Shown here: one piece after another, positions 1-12,382 of the stretch
Numbering within the stretch: the stretch's first letter is position 1
Layout of the letters: the number at the start of each line of letters is the position of its first letter
Source: Eledone cirrhosa
Lineage: Eukaryota
Length of the DNA stretch: 64,000 bases
Assembly: GCA_964016885.1 (NCBI GenBank)
Contig: OZ024742.1
Span: forward strand, 151,404,001-151,468,000
Direction: 5' to 3'
Translations under genes and position numbers: made by a program
The notes under the pieces: generated by a model
Database searches by the model: none
What the model was told of the DNA's origin: nothing
Seen by the model: only the letters and a program-made list of their open reading frames with translations

Positions 1-59
1 ATATATATATATGTATGTATGTATGTATGTATCTATCTATCAATTTATCTATTTATCTA

Positions 60-191
60 TTTATTTTTGTTATATTTTATATTTTTATATTTTGTTATTG
101 CCTCCTCCTTATTGAGGACGCCTTTTTATGTAAACTCCCCCCATTGTACTTGTCCCACTCTTTGATGCCCTGATGGCAAATAAAAAGAAAG
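60..191 (+). mobile_element. 3' terminal fragment of a Tx1-like LINE related to the copies at 251-2426 and 57313-62926
   Basis: Ends tgtaaactccccc...gccctgatggc-AATAAA-aagaaag followed by (TATC)n, like the 3' ends at 1580-1648 and 62860-62926. Confidence 0.6.
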
Positions 192-243
<52 letters not shown>

Positions 244-252
<9 letters not shown>

Positions 253-1253
253 AACTGATTGTTGGCCGGAGAGAAAGGTGTCTGACCTCAGCCCTTTCAA
301 CCTTGTCCACCATACAACCTCTTTCGCGATAGCTATCACACAAAGGAAAACCGCCTCTCCTTCGTTTTTGAAGGAGGGTGGCGGTTTGATCATGACAATG
401 GACTCGGTGGTCAACCGGATTGGTCCCACCCGCGACAATAGTCGTTCTACATATCCCCACAGGTCAGTGACGCCCGGGCAGTGTATGAATGCGTGCGCGA
501 CGGTTTCTTCGTCTCGCACGCACCTCGGACAGATCTTTTTTGCAGGGTCCCTGCCCGGGCGCCCATGTCTGTAGAGCTTGTCTCGAACTGGTAGAGCTCC
601 TCGGTAGCACTGCCAGGCCAGGGACTTTTGGAAGTTGTCCATCGGTCCCGGGCGGAAGGTCCTACCGAACAGACTGGCCAGTTCATCTTCCTCCACGCCT
701 AGAGTTTCACCGAGCGCGTCGTCGCACTTGCTGCGGACCAACCCTCTATAGAATGACGAAGTGGAGTCTCCACTGATCGCCGGGTCCGCCTGCCAGAGGG
801 CTGTGAGCGCCTGAGCACATTCGATGTGCCAGTCGCCCATTTTCCTCGGTCTCTGCTTGACCCAGGACTGCAGCTCGGTCAGTGAGACGAGTCGTGGGAA
901 GGCTCGCCTCACGAACGGGGCCCACACCGGTTGTCCGGTGAGGAATACGTAGAGATGCCGCAGCCTGAGCGCGTGTTTGCGCATCGTCAACCACGGCATC
1001 CCCAGCCCTCCGTTAGAAGGGTGTTGGCAGCAGATGGATCTTCTTACCAAAGGAGCCCGCCTCTTCCAAAGGAATCGGAAGAGGGCGCGCTCCATTTTGG
1101 CGAGCGTTTTGGCTGGACAAGGCACGACGGTCAAGCGGTAGTAGATGGCGGACGCTATAAAAGTGTTCGCCACCTCCGCTCGACCTTTCAAGGATAGTTT
1201 GCACTCGGCCCACTTCTGGGTGAGTGCAAACACCTTGGCCGTCACTTCGTTCC
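244..1253 (-). pseudogene. Inverted LINE ORF2 C-terminal fragment with zf-RVT/CCHC motif
   Basis: ORF 244..1329 (-) carries GGLGMP and CPRC-x8-HAFIHC motifs, near-identical to ORF 61217..62347. Confidence 0.85.
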
Positions 1254-2426
1254 AACAACTGATTCTTTTTTTCAAATACCACTTTGGAAGAAGAATCAGG
1301 ATGGAGAGAGAGGTGCTGTACCCCAGCAAGTTTTATGAAAGGTGGGTGAAAGTGGCGAGAATGGCCCGAGTGAATGGGCCTTCTCTCTATATCAGCCTGT
1401 AGATTGAGGAAAAGGAGGAGGAGAGGAAAGGAGTACAAGCTCTTCGTACTCCTGGAGATGAGGGTTGCACATTTTTTTCGGGGGTATGTGTTACCCATAT
1501 AAACTGTCTCCCTCTATTGGGGAAAATCGACTAACTTTTAAATTCCATCTGTGATAACATTTTACACGTTTTTATTGTATGTAAACTTCCCCCTTTGTAT
1601 TTGTCCCCTTCTTTTGTGCCCCTGTGGCTAATAAAGAAATATATCTATCAACTGATTCTTTTTTTCAAATACCACTTTGGAAGAAGAATCAGGATGGAGA
1701 GAGAGGTGCTGTACCCCAGCAAGTTTTATGAAAGGTGGGTGAAAGTGGCGAGAATGGCCCGAGTGAATGGGCCTTCTCTCTATATCAGCCCGTAGGTTGA
1801 GGAAAAGGAGAAGGAGAGGAAAGGAGTACAAACTCTTCGTACTCCTGGAGATGAGGGTTGCACATTTTTTCGGGGGTATGTGTTACCCATATAAACTGTC
1901 TCCCTATATTGGGGAAAATCGACTAACTTTTAAATTCCATCTGTGATAACATTTTACACGTTTTTATTGTATGTAAACTTCCCCCTTTGTATTTGTCCCC
2001 TTCTTTTGTGCCCCTGTGGCTAATAAAGAAATATATCTATCAACTGATTCTTTTTTTCAAATACCACTTTGGAAGAAGAATCAGGATGGAGAGAGAGGTG
2101 CTGTACCCCAGCAAGTTTTATGAAAGGTGGGTGAAAGTGGCGAGAATGGCCCGAGTGAATGGGCCTTCTCTCTATATCAGCCCGTAGGTTGAGGAAAAGG
2201 AGAAGGAGAGGAAAGGAGTACAAACTCTTCGTACTCCTGGAGATGAGGGTTGCACATTTTTTCGAGGGTATGTGTTACCCATATAAACTGTCTCCCTATA
2301 TTGGGGAAAATCGACTAACTTTTTAAATTGCATTTGTGATAACATTTTACACGTTTTTATTGTATGTAAACTTCCCCCTTTGTATTTGTCCCCTTCTTTT
2401 GTGCCCCTGTGGCTAATAAAGAAACA
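251..2426 (+). mobile_element. 5'-truncated, 5'-inverted Tx1/L1-clade LINE with a triplicated 3' end
   Basis: 251-1253 is the reverse complement of the ORF2 C-terminal region (WNEVT...CPRC...HAFIHC...GQQ; closely similar to 61570-62550). Forward sequence resumes at ~1254 (QQLILFFKYHF) and runs to AATAAA plus TATC. Flanked by (TATC)n on both sides. Confidence 0.9.
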
Positions 2427-2440
2427 TATCTATCTATCTA
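1256..2440 (+). repeat. Three tandem ~392-bp copies of the LINE 3' end
   Basis: Units start at caactgattc at ~1256, 1649 and 2041; each ends AATAAAGAAA-(ta)tatc. Confidence 0.95.
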
Positions 2441-2555
2441 TCTCTATATATGTATTATATATGTATACACATACACAGACGCACATGACACACACATACG
2501 CACACACACATATACACAGACATGCACCTGTACACATACGCACGCTTTGTGTATA

Positions 2556-2591
<36 letters not shown>

Positions 2592-2601
2592 TGTATGTAT
2601 G

Positions 2602-2669
<68 letters not shown>

Positions 2670-2671
2670 AA

Positions 2672-2745
<74 letters not shown>

Positions 2746-3382
2746 ATAATAAATTGTTTAAACTCTTACGATTTCCAAATATTTACACATATTCGATATT
2801 TTGCCAGTTTACTTGTGAAGATATCTCATTACTTCATAACTAATTCGTTTTCTTACGTCGTTGTCATCATTGTTGCTGTTACTGTTGTTGTTGTTCTAGT
2901 TGCCATCGTTGGTTTGTTGTTGTTCCCCTTCTTCGCTTTATTGTTGTATTTATTGTGCTTCATTTTATTAATTGTATGAAAAATACTTAAAGATCTTATC
3001 TTAAAGTAACCAGCTATATATTCGTATGTTCCTGCATATTAATCAACTAAATTACAAATTATATCAAACAGCTTCCACCAACGTCTTTCTGTGTCCCTCT
3101 TTCTTTTATTCTCCTCCTTCTCCTTCTATTTCTTCCACTTTCTCGAACCATTCTTGTTTGTAACATTTAATTTGAAAATAAGAACATAAAGCAAATTTCA
3201 TCTTCTTCAGTTCATAGTTCTATTAGTTCATATTTTCTCTTATTATTTATCATAATTCTTGTTTTATTTCTATTTTTGTCGTTTGTCTGTAATTAGGTTT
3301 TCGTCTCTCAAACAAAATGTAAGAATTACGACAGCAGTGTGATAGAAACGGCGAATAATAAGTGTAGATGATTTCTTCCGAC

Positions 3383-3735
3383 AAAATTCAAACTTTGATT
3401 CACCACTATCAAAATTCAAGGTTAAAACTTTGTCACTCAGCCATCAACGTTCAAAATTTGTGTGTCAACAATCAAGGTTCAAAATTTGACTCTCAACTAC
3501 CAAATTTCAAACTTTGATTCACTAATATCAAATTTCAAGGTTAAAACTTTGTCACTCAGCCATCAAGGTTCAAAATTTGAGTGTCAACAATCAAGGTTTA
3601 AACCGTGACTTTCAATTCTCGAGTTCCCAACTTTCACTTTCAAACACCAAGTTTCAAACGTTAACTTCTCAACAATTCAAGTTCAAACTTTGATTCTCAG
3701 TAATCGAGGTTCAAACTTCGACTCTCAATCCTTGA
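3383..3735. repeat. ~29-bp minisatellite with a 119-bp higher-order repeat
   Basis: Recurring tcaaa(a/c)tttga...tcaac..tcaaggt; aactttgattc recurs at 3391 and 3510. Confidence 0.8.
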
Positions 3736-4094
3736 AATCGAGGAAATGAGCCTCACTTATCAATTGAGGTTGATTATGTCAACAGTATCACTCCGATCGA
3801 AATATGTAATTTTGTGTTAATATGAAAGAAGGTTATTTTCATAACAGCTAGATTTAACAGAAACGGGATAAGACGGAACTAAATAAATCTACAACAATTA
3901 CGATTTTCCCCTCTATATTCTCTGAAAACATTCACCCCTGCTCTGCTTTGCGTTGCAAACATCTGGAGTCAGTAACATAACACAATAGTTTATTATATTA
4001 CCATAAGATAAGAAATGTGCTAATATTGGGTCGATTAATATGATTGAATATGACTTAATTTACTGAGGAGGGGGTGGAAGATGTGTAACTAAAT

Positions 4095-4362
4095 ATAGTG
4101 GTTAGGATGTTCGGCTCGCGATCGTAAGGTCGTGAGTTCGATTTCTGTCGGCAATTTATTTCGTGTTGCTCCAGTTCACTCAACAAGGAAAAATGAGCTA
4201 TACCTGTATTTTAAACGCCAGTCACACTCTATGTGTAATACTGAATCTCCCTGAGAACTATGTTAAGTTTACAGGTGTCTGTGGAATTCTCAGCCACTTG
4301 CACGCTAATTTCACTAGCTGGCTGCTCTGCTGATCGAACAATTGGGACACTCATCGTCGTAC
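4095..4362 (+). mobile_element. tRNA-derived SINE, family 2 (further copies ~5140-5415, 12955-13145, 16445-16725, 23410-23735, 34920-35030)
   Basis: A-box-like tagtggttagg and B-box gagttcgatt; shared body gaatctccctgagaac...cagccacttgcacgttaatttc. Confidence 0.75.
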
Positions 4363-4631
4363 TTGATTTGTACTTTATTTTAAAGCTGAGAAGTAAAGTC
4401 TTCCATCGTGGTAGTTGAACTCAGAACGCTTAAAGAAGTGAACAACTGGCACAGTAAACTTCTAAACCGATGGAAGTCCATTCCATGAATTATATTAATT
4501 TTATGGATTGGAATATAACTCAATATGACTGATACTTTGTATGATACTTCATTATATTATATAATTGGATAAGTGAGAGAAGGAGAAAGAAAGAGAAAAG
4601 AGGGAAGGAGAAAGACATACAGTAAAAGAGA

Positions 4632-4707
<76 letters not shown>

Positions 4708-5070
4708 CAATGAGAAAGGATAAGGGAGGAATAATTGACCAAAATACTAGAATGGGACTACATTTATCTTACTGTAAAGGATGAAAGGCAAAACTAATCT
4801 CGATGAGATTTAAACTCAAAACACCAACTAGCAGAACGATTACCTCGAAGTCTTCTCTCTATCGCCTTTTGTATTTATCTTATCGACCCCTGGAGAATAA
4901 AAGTCCGTAATTAAATACTATGCAGACGTTTATCCGACGATTCTGTCAGTTTAACCTACCTAGATGTAAAATATACCCGGTAGATGTTGACGGACCCGAG
5001 ACAGACAATTAAATAAAGAAGTAGAATTTAACACCATTCTTTGTGATGAGTCCCGTTAATCTGGAGACAT

Positions 5071-5123
5071 GTCTTCTCTGATGATCCTGTGAGTATACAG
5101 ATGAAACTCCAGAGTAACAAAAC
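5071..5123 (+). ncRNA. Type I hammerhead ribozyme motif, intact core with decayed stem I
   Basis: gtcttct CTGATGA tc-ctgt-gagtat-acag-at GAAA CTC-ca-GAG TA acaaaac; 5 of 7 stem I pairs. Confidence 0.55.
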
Positions 5124-5775
5124 TCATCACTTTGCTAGTGAAGGCGCACGACCTAGTATTTAGGATGTTGTACTAACGATCATATGTAGTGGGTTCGATT
5201 CCTGGACCAGTTTCTGTGTTGTATTCTTGAACAAAACACTTTATTTCCCGTTACTCAGTATACTCAGTTGAAAATGAGTACTAGCAGTAGCTGGATGTAT
5301 AACCCTGCGATGGAATGGTGTCCTATCCAGGGGGAGTCTTGTATTCCCAGTCGCTTAACGCCAAGGAAACCGGGATATGCACCAGCCTAAGGATCTTCCA
5401 GGCTTCAGACAGAGTTTACAAACACACACGCGCACACACCCATACACCCCCAGCCCCACCCCACCCCCCACACACGCGCGCGCGCACACACACACATAGG
5501 CACGCACGAACGCACGCATGTTCTCGCGCACACAAACATATATATATATTCGTAGGAAAATGGAAAAACGGCGCAGGGAAGCTGTTAAAACAGCAAAATG
5601 TCGAAACAGCGTTGGATAAAACATTAACTCGAAGGAATGAAATCAGCGGATCAACGTGAGTTGACTCAAAGAACAGATAGGAAGGAAGAAATAGAATGAA
5701 CGCTAGGAGTTTACAAACATTTGAATACACTCATCAGCTTTCAGACCACCATTTCCTATATATATATATATATAT

Positions 5776-5973
5776 GAAAAGGTTTAACCCCGACGGCAGA
5801 GCTCAAGCCGTTTCGACGGCTATTTCTGGACTCTAAGTCTAGAAATAGCCGTCGAAACGGCTTGAGCTCTGCCGTCGGGGTTAAACTTTTTCCTATTACC
5901 CACTCTACTACCCTAAGTATTGAGTACTCTGGTGCGTTATGGTCCATCTGGTTCTTTACCACACCTCCTTCAT
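5776..5973 (+). mobile_element. Fold-back mini-element family A in (TA)n, with HHR 3' half (other copies ~16240-16430, 34043-34205)
   Basis: Near-perfect palindrome 5776-5892 containing GAAA-CGGC-loop-GCCG-TC; shared tail ttacccactctactaccctaagtat..gagtactctggtg. Confidence 0.75.
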
Positions 5974-5987
5974 TATATATATATATA

Positions 5988-6552
5988 TAAGTATGTATAC
6001 GTACATACATATATGTATACAGACGTACAGTAGTATGTATATATATTCATACATGGACATATATATATATATGTACGTATGGATTTACCGAACATTTATT
6101 ATAATGCTCAGTTTGTTTGTAAACAAAAAAAAACATCCCGAATTAAGCCGTAAGTGTTTAGCAACCATCGTTGCCCTTTTGTTCAACACTGACAAAGGAA
6201 CAATGTACTAGTTTCAAGCTTATTAGCTATCGTCAGCACTGTATACCTTTCTTCCAGATGATTGAACGCCTGAAAGTATATACTTTCCTTATGCATATTA
6301 ACGGCTGAGCAGCCTAATTTGCATATCGAGTGAGTTAATCGGCCGGGCGCACCGAAAACGATAAATGGAAAAAATGAAACGAAATGTTCGGTAAATCCAT
6401 ACGTACATATATATATGTGCATGTATGTATATATATATACATACTACTGTACGTCTGTATACATATATGTATGTATGTATACATACTTATATTTAAGTAA
6501 CAGCCGTACTAAGAGTGAGGAATGACATTTGGTTTCATTTTTTTCCATTTAT
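5988..6552 (-). mobile_element. HHR mini-element family B (same family as 44934-45862) with an inverted segment at ~6380-6552
   Basis: Reverse-complement similarity to 45080-45500; flanked by (TA)n. Confidence 0.85.
6200..6242 (-). ncRNA. Type I hammerhead ribozyme
   Basis: ACAGTG CTGACGA t-agct-aata-agct-t GAAA CTAG TA CATTGT. Confidence 0.85.
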
Positions 6553-6577
6553 ATATATATATAAACTATATATATAT

Positions 6578-6872
6578 ATAATAATAAAACACGGACAAAT
6601 GGTTACGCTTATTGGTTGGTGACGCGCGTTTCGCTATTGATCAGCTCAAGGTTGATCTCTATCGATACAGATTGAACCTTGAGCTGATCAATACCGAAAC
6701 GCGCGTCACCAACCAATAAACGTAATGAAGGAGTAACCATTCGTCCTTGTTTTATTTTATTATACTACACACTATCTAGCTCTACACCTCGATACTGACG
6801 TGAACCTAAACATCGAGTGCTCACCCGAGTGAACCTACAGTGACTCCGTGTTACACTCCCTGGATATACTCG
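6578..6872 (+). mobile_element. Fold-back mini-element with HHR 3' half
   Basis: Imperfect hairpin 6578-6763; GAAACGCGCGTC (palindromic stem III plus GUC) at 6696-6707; flanked by (TA)n. Confidence 0.65.
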
Positions 6873-8353
6873 TATATATATATATATATATATATACAAA
6901 TAAATACAAACATATATATATAAATATATATATATAATATTGGTAAATCAAACTTCAGCTGAAGAACAGCATGTACAATTCGATTTGTTTTGAGGCAACC
7001 ACAGAGCACTCAATGTATAGAAAGTTACAAGCAAACATTAAGTCCAGAGTTAAACACCATAGTTATAAAATGTGACACCAAGATAACCGACCAAAGGCAC
7101 AAACTCTACATACAACAGAATAACGATATATACAAAAAGGTTTTCCATACCTAGACCATCTCTGATTGATTAAAATCGATATAATCGATAAAATGTAGAT
7201 AGTTTTCTGGAACCACTGAAAGTTATATACCAAGTTATATAATGCACAAGTAGTACATATATATGTAATACATGTGTTCTTCCACAATTGAACAGGAGTT
7301 AGTCCTTCATAAAAAAATCTCAAATGTACCACATAATTTTACGCTGCCTGATGTAGTGTAGTAGTAATCCAGTCTGTAGTCATGTGACCTTACTCAAAGG
7401 AGGAAGTCAACTAGTTGAAATTTGTTGCGGTTATTTTCTGTCTATATATATAGTTACGTAAGTAACAAGTTAAAATTTAACGAGAATCTCAAATATAGAT
7501 ACCTTACAATAATGATTAATCTCCTTTGTATATTTCACCATTATATATACTGCATTATATATACGGACGCCATGCTTTATAGCAAAGAGTTACGGCCCTT
7601 TATGGTATGAGTTCAAAATAAATTGTTGGCCTTGTGCCAAAAGTAGAAACAATTATATATACTGCTCCTAAATAGTAGAGAATATCTCAGTTGAATGGAC
7701 TTGGTTGCTATTTCTAGCTGTCGATAATCCTATTCACGTCACTGGGTTGACAGCGGGGCGATGTGTATATATTATTTTAAATATCACACGTGCTTTTCAT
7801 CATTTCCAGATTTATATTTGGTGTGTAATCACAGATAGTTAAATCTCCACCTTTGCCGATGATCCGGGGTTTGACTTCTGTGATTTACCGATTAATGGTG
7901 AAATATATTTCATTAAAGAAACATATTTCACCATTAATCGGCAAATCACAGATGCTAAATCCCGGATCGTTAATTTTTAATATGTTACCCCCGTAATTGT
8001 TTGATCTGTTTATTTTATATATATATAAATGTCAATTTATTTTTAATCTAATATTAATAAATGCTCGGATTTATCCCTTAGAATCTTTGAGCTTATTCTA
8101 CAGGTGGTATGGCGGATGTTTCTGATATTCTCAGACATAACATCCTTAATTTAATTTGAGTTATATATACTGCTCCTAAATAGAAGAGCTTTTTTTCTGT
8201 TGAAAGGACTCGGCTGCTATTTCTAGCTGTCGATAATCCTATTCTCGTCACTAGGTTGACTAGGTGATGTGTATTATGTTTTTAAAAAACTTTACGTGCT
8301 TTTCGCCATTTCCAGATTTGTATTTGGTGTGTAATCACAGATAGTTAAATCTC

Positions 8354-8441
8354 CTCCTTTGCTGATGATCCGGGATTTAACATCTGTGATTTACCGATTA
8401 ATTGTGAAATATATTTCTTTAATGAAATATATACAAAGGAG
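8354..8441 (+). ncRNA. Type I hammerhead ribozyme with enlarged stem II region
   Basis: CTCCTTTG CTGATGA [55 nt] GAAA TATA TA CAAAGGAG; 8-bp perfect stem I. Confidence 0.65.
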
Positions 8442-8510
8442 ATTAATCATTATTGCAATGTATCATAAATTATCCCTTGTTTGATGTGTTTATTTTATAT
8501 ACATATTATT

Positions 8511-8705
8511 TAGGTGAATGGATTGGCAGTATCGGTAGAGGGTCGGACGCTATGCTTTGCAGCAAAGAGTTACGGCCCTTTATGATCTGAGTTCAAATCC
8601 CGCCGAGGTTAACTTTGCCTTTCATCCTTACGGGGTCGATAAAATAAAGTACCAGTAATACACTGGGCAATTGCTGGCCTTGTGCCTAACGTAGAAACAA
8701 TTATT
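8511..8705 (+). mobile_element. tRNA-derived SINE, family 1 (many copies: 13205-13430 +, 14500-14670 -, 15518-15705 -, 22932-23085 +, 24640-24785 -, 39380-39790 +, 40100-40295 -, 44540-44715 +, 63040-63255 +)
   Basis: B-box gagttcaaatcc followed by conserved core aactttgcctttcatcctt.cggggtcgataaaataaagtaccagt (resembles a Meta-type SINE central domain; inference). Confidence 0.85.
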
Positions 8706-8830
8706 TAGGTGAATTGATTTTTAATTTAATGCTAATAAATGCTCGGATCTATCCCTCTGAATCTTTGAGCTTATTCTACAGAGGGTATGGCGCATGTTTC
8801 TCAGACATGACATCCTTAATTTAATTTTGG

Positions 8831-8864
<34 letters not shown>

Positions 8865-9012
8865 AAAAAGAGATGTAATCGAAAATGCAACTGGAGTCTT
8901 ATTTAAAAAAAATATATATATATTTATTTGGTTCCTTTACCGGCTTCGCAGTTCTTCTGCTTTTCAATTTTCAAAAGTAGAGTTGAGATGGAGGGTCTGT
9001 GGTTTTTCTCAC

Positions 9013-9054
<42 letters not shown>

Positions 9055-9567
9055 TGCGATTCTGTTTTTTTCTCTCTCTCTCTCTCTTACTGCTCCCTCG
9101 TTCTCTCTGTTTCTCCTACTTTCTTTCGTCCCCTCTGTCATGTCAGTTAACTCTTCCTCACACTCCCACTCACTCACTCACTGTTTCTCCCCTTCTCACT
9201 TCACCCCGTTCGCGACGAAAACATTTTCTCTCTTTCTCACATTTGGATTCATCTCGAAAGGTCTTTTTTCTAAGCGCTCATATATTCACCTAGCTTATGC
9301 TAACAGAATAACTATGTAGCTTGTTCCCTTCCTCTCTACGGTTAGCTCTCCTCTTTGTTGTTATCTTGTCTCACTCGCTTTACGCGTTTTAATTGTCCTA
9401 ATAACTTAATTTAGTTATTATTGCACCGACGTGAGGTATATGATTTTTAATGCAATAAAATATCTATGATCATCGGCAAATCACTGATGAGGGACTCATT
9501 TTATTACATGTTATCCATGTGCAACCTGCAGTATTCTTCTCCCCATTTTTTCATATATATATATATA

Positions 9568-9599
<32 letters not shown>

Positions 9600-10011
9600 A
9601 TGAGGAAAATGCCAAGTTGTAGATGTTAAGGAGTCCTTTATTAATAAAACTGTGATACATATTTTAATGAGGATCGTGGTTACTTGATGATGTAACCATT
9701 CCGTGATCTGATCAGTCAGCAATATTCAGTAAAAAGCTTACGTTTTCGAGGCAATCTAAGATACAAGGGAACGGGCAAACAATTATGTTTTTGTTGGGGT
9801 TGCCCGTTCCCCTGTGAGCTTCTGAACAACTTTGCGTAGGTGCAAACGTCGAGGAAGTTGACCACTTAAATACCACCCAATTTATCCTTGGTAGGCCTCG
9901 CCACACAATATATTAAACTTAAGCCAATATATTTTATTACTTCTCTGAGTAGATAATTTATTAATATATCTTAATATAATATATATATCTTAATATCTTA
10001 ATATAATATAA

Positions 10012-10520
10012 AAAGTGCAGGGCAATGAAAATTGATGGAAGCTACGGAGAGGGTAGACCAAGAAAAACCTGGTAAGAGGTGATAAAAACTGACCTTGCTC
10101 ACTTACACCTCGCTAAGACAATGACACTGGATCGAGATCTTTGGTGCCATGCAGTTGTACAGAATACCTGACTGCCATTGCATACAAACCTACAGTCAAT
10201 AGACACCTCTTAACCCAATATACACCCAAGCCACACACCCTACCCCATCCTCCCTTTCCCGTTCCGACCACTGTGTCGATGACACAAGAGTCCACACTGT
10301 AAGGTGGTCGTGTAGGAGACACGGTAAAAATGCTCCCAGTCCACACTGTAAATGTGGTTGGTGTTAGGAAGGGCATCCAGCTGTAAAAAACCTGCCAAAG
10401 ACACTTCCTTATGAGCGAGACACGGTCTCCCGACCATTCCCGCATCAAATGGAACAAAACCGTCTAACCCATGCTAGTGTGAAAGATGGACGTAAAACGA
10501 TGATAATAATGATGATGATC
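10012..10520 (+). mobile_element. RTE LINE 3' fragment plus SINE/RTE-type tail
   Basis: Translates KCRAMKIDGSYGEGRPRKTW*EVIKTDL (RTE-type C-terminal GRPRKTW); 10330-10520 ends in (GAT)n. Confidence 0.55.
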
Positions 10521-10542
10521 TTATACTTTCATTGAGATAATT

Positions 10543-10605
<63 letters not shown>

Positions 10606-11099
10606 GAGAGAGGGAGAGGGAGAGAGAGAGGGGGGGGGGGAGAAATGATTGAATATAGTGATGTTCTTGCCTGACATTAATAAAATAAATGTGAAATGAA
10701 ACAGTCATCCTTCTCACCCCAATATCGAACCATTATGGTTTGTTTACTCATGCCGGATGTTTTAATTCTTGTCGGTCGTCGCTCGATACCGACGAAGTCG
10801 TTACAGCGTCGGACAGAATGCTTTGCTTTTCGTCGTTTCGGGGTCGATAAATAAAGTACAGGTTCACTATTGACATCTCAAATGTATAATAGAATGTTAA
10901 TTAATATTGTAGCAGCAGCAACAGCAGCAGCTGAAGAAGGAGGAGGAGGAGGACGACGGGTCAGGACCATATATTACCACCCCACCCTCACCCCCACCAC
11001 CCCCACCACCATTGTCACCTCAATCATCATCACCATCACAATCACCATTAACATTACCACTGCATCAAAATAATCACTACCACTATCCCCCCCCACCAC

Positions 11100-11560
11100 T
11101 ATCTCACTCTCACTTTCTCTCTGTCTGTACCTCACACACGCTCTCTGTCTCTCTCTATTTTCTCCCTCTCTTTCTCTCTATCTGTCACTGTCTGTCTTTA
11201 TCACTCTCTCTCTCTGTATTTCTCACTCTCTTTCTGTCACTCTCTGCCTGTACCTTTCACTCTCTCTCTCATTCTCTCTCTCCGTCTCTTTCTCTCTCAC
11301 TTTCTTTTTGTTACTCTCTGTCTGTAGCTTTCACTCTCTCTCTTTCTCTTACTCTGTCTCTCTCTGCATCACTCTCTCTCTCTGTATTTCTCACTCTCTT
11401 TCTGTCACTCTCTGCCTGTATTTTTCACTCTCTCTCTCATTCTCTCTCTCCGTCTCTTTCTCTCTCACTGTCTTTTTGTTACTCTCTGTCTGTAGCTTTC
11501 ACTCTCTCTCTCTCTCTTACTCTGTCTCTCTCTGCATCTCTCTCTTTCTCCTTCTCTGGT
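11100..11560. repeat. CT-rich tract with ~170-bp tandem duplication
   Basis: atcactctctctc...gtatttctcactctc at ~11200 and ~11368. Confidence 0.75.
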
Positions 11561-11649
11561 ATTGGTTGAAGATGAGCTTTTAATATTTGAGTGAAGAAAT
11601 TTTTAGTTTTCTTGAATTATCTCAAGAAAAACACAAATGCACGCAAGCA

Positions 11650-11722
<73 letters not shown>

Positions 11723-12315
11723 GCACACACACACACACACACCCATATATATATATACTCACATATATTCACATACACACACACGCCGGTTCACATACAC
11801 ACATATACACACATACACTCACAGATACACACATCCATAGACATACACAAACACGCAGGAGCGTACACATTTATACACGTGGACACACATTCACAAGCTT
11901 AGAAAAGCAACTAATTATAAACCACCACCACCATCATGCGCAATAAAATAATAATAACAATAACAAGAATAAACAAAAACTATAACTAGCGCCAACACAG
12001 AGATCCACAACAATTGCCTTTCATGTGAATTTCAATTAAATTTTTATGAATTCGGACGAACCAATAGAAACAAGCCATAAACAAAATAGAACGGATTCAT
12101 GAGATATAATAGAAAATTTTAACTGTAGCCCCCCCCCCCCCCGCCTCTCTCTCTCTCATCGACTCTACATTTTTATCTCTTCTTCTCTATTTCCTTCTCT
12201 CTCCATTTTAACTGTAACTTCAGCTCTCTCTCTATCACCGGTTCTCTATATTTTTATTTCTTCTTCTCTATTTCCTTCTCTCTCCATTTTAACTGTAGAT
12301 CCCCATCTCTTTCTC

Positions 12316-12382
<67 letters not shown>

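Larger units (their letters stand above)
7490..8832 (+). mobile_element. Tandem ~500-bp HHR-bearing element with inverted pieces, interrupted by SINEs
   Basis: Direct repeats from ~7657 and ~8163 (tactgctcctaaatag...); inversions at ~7510-7540 and 7922-7970; SINE at 8511-8705. Confidence 0.75.

Noticed and set aside
3383-3735. Regular ~29-bp repeats suggestive of a CRISPR array
   Set aside because: Degenerate contiguous units without unique spacers, eukaryotic context, no cas genes
4095-4150. tRNA-like A/B boxes here and at other SINE heads
   Set aside because: No complete cloverleaf; they continue into SINE bodies
5690-5750. Minus-strand CTGATGA near 5731
   Set aside because: No convincing stem II, GAAA or NUH; at best a highly decayed motif
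9484-9535. CTGATGA-ggga...tcca near the end of a (TA)n-bounded element
   Set aside because: GAAA and stem III are absent; may be a decayed HHR but cannot be supported
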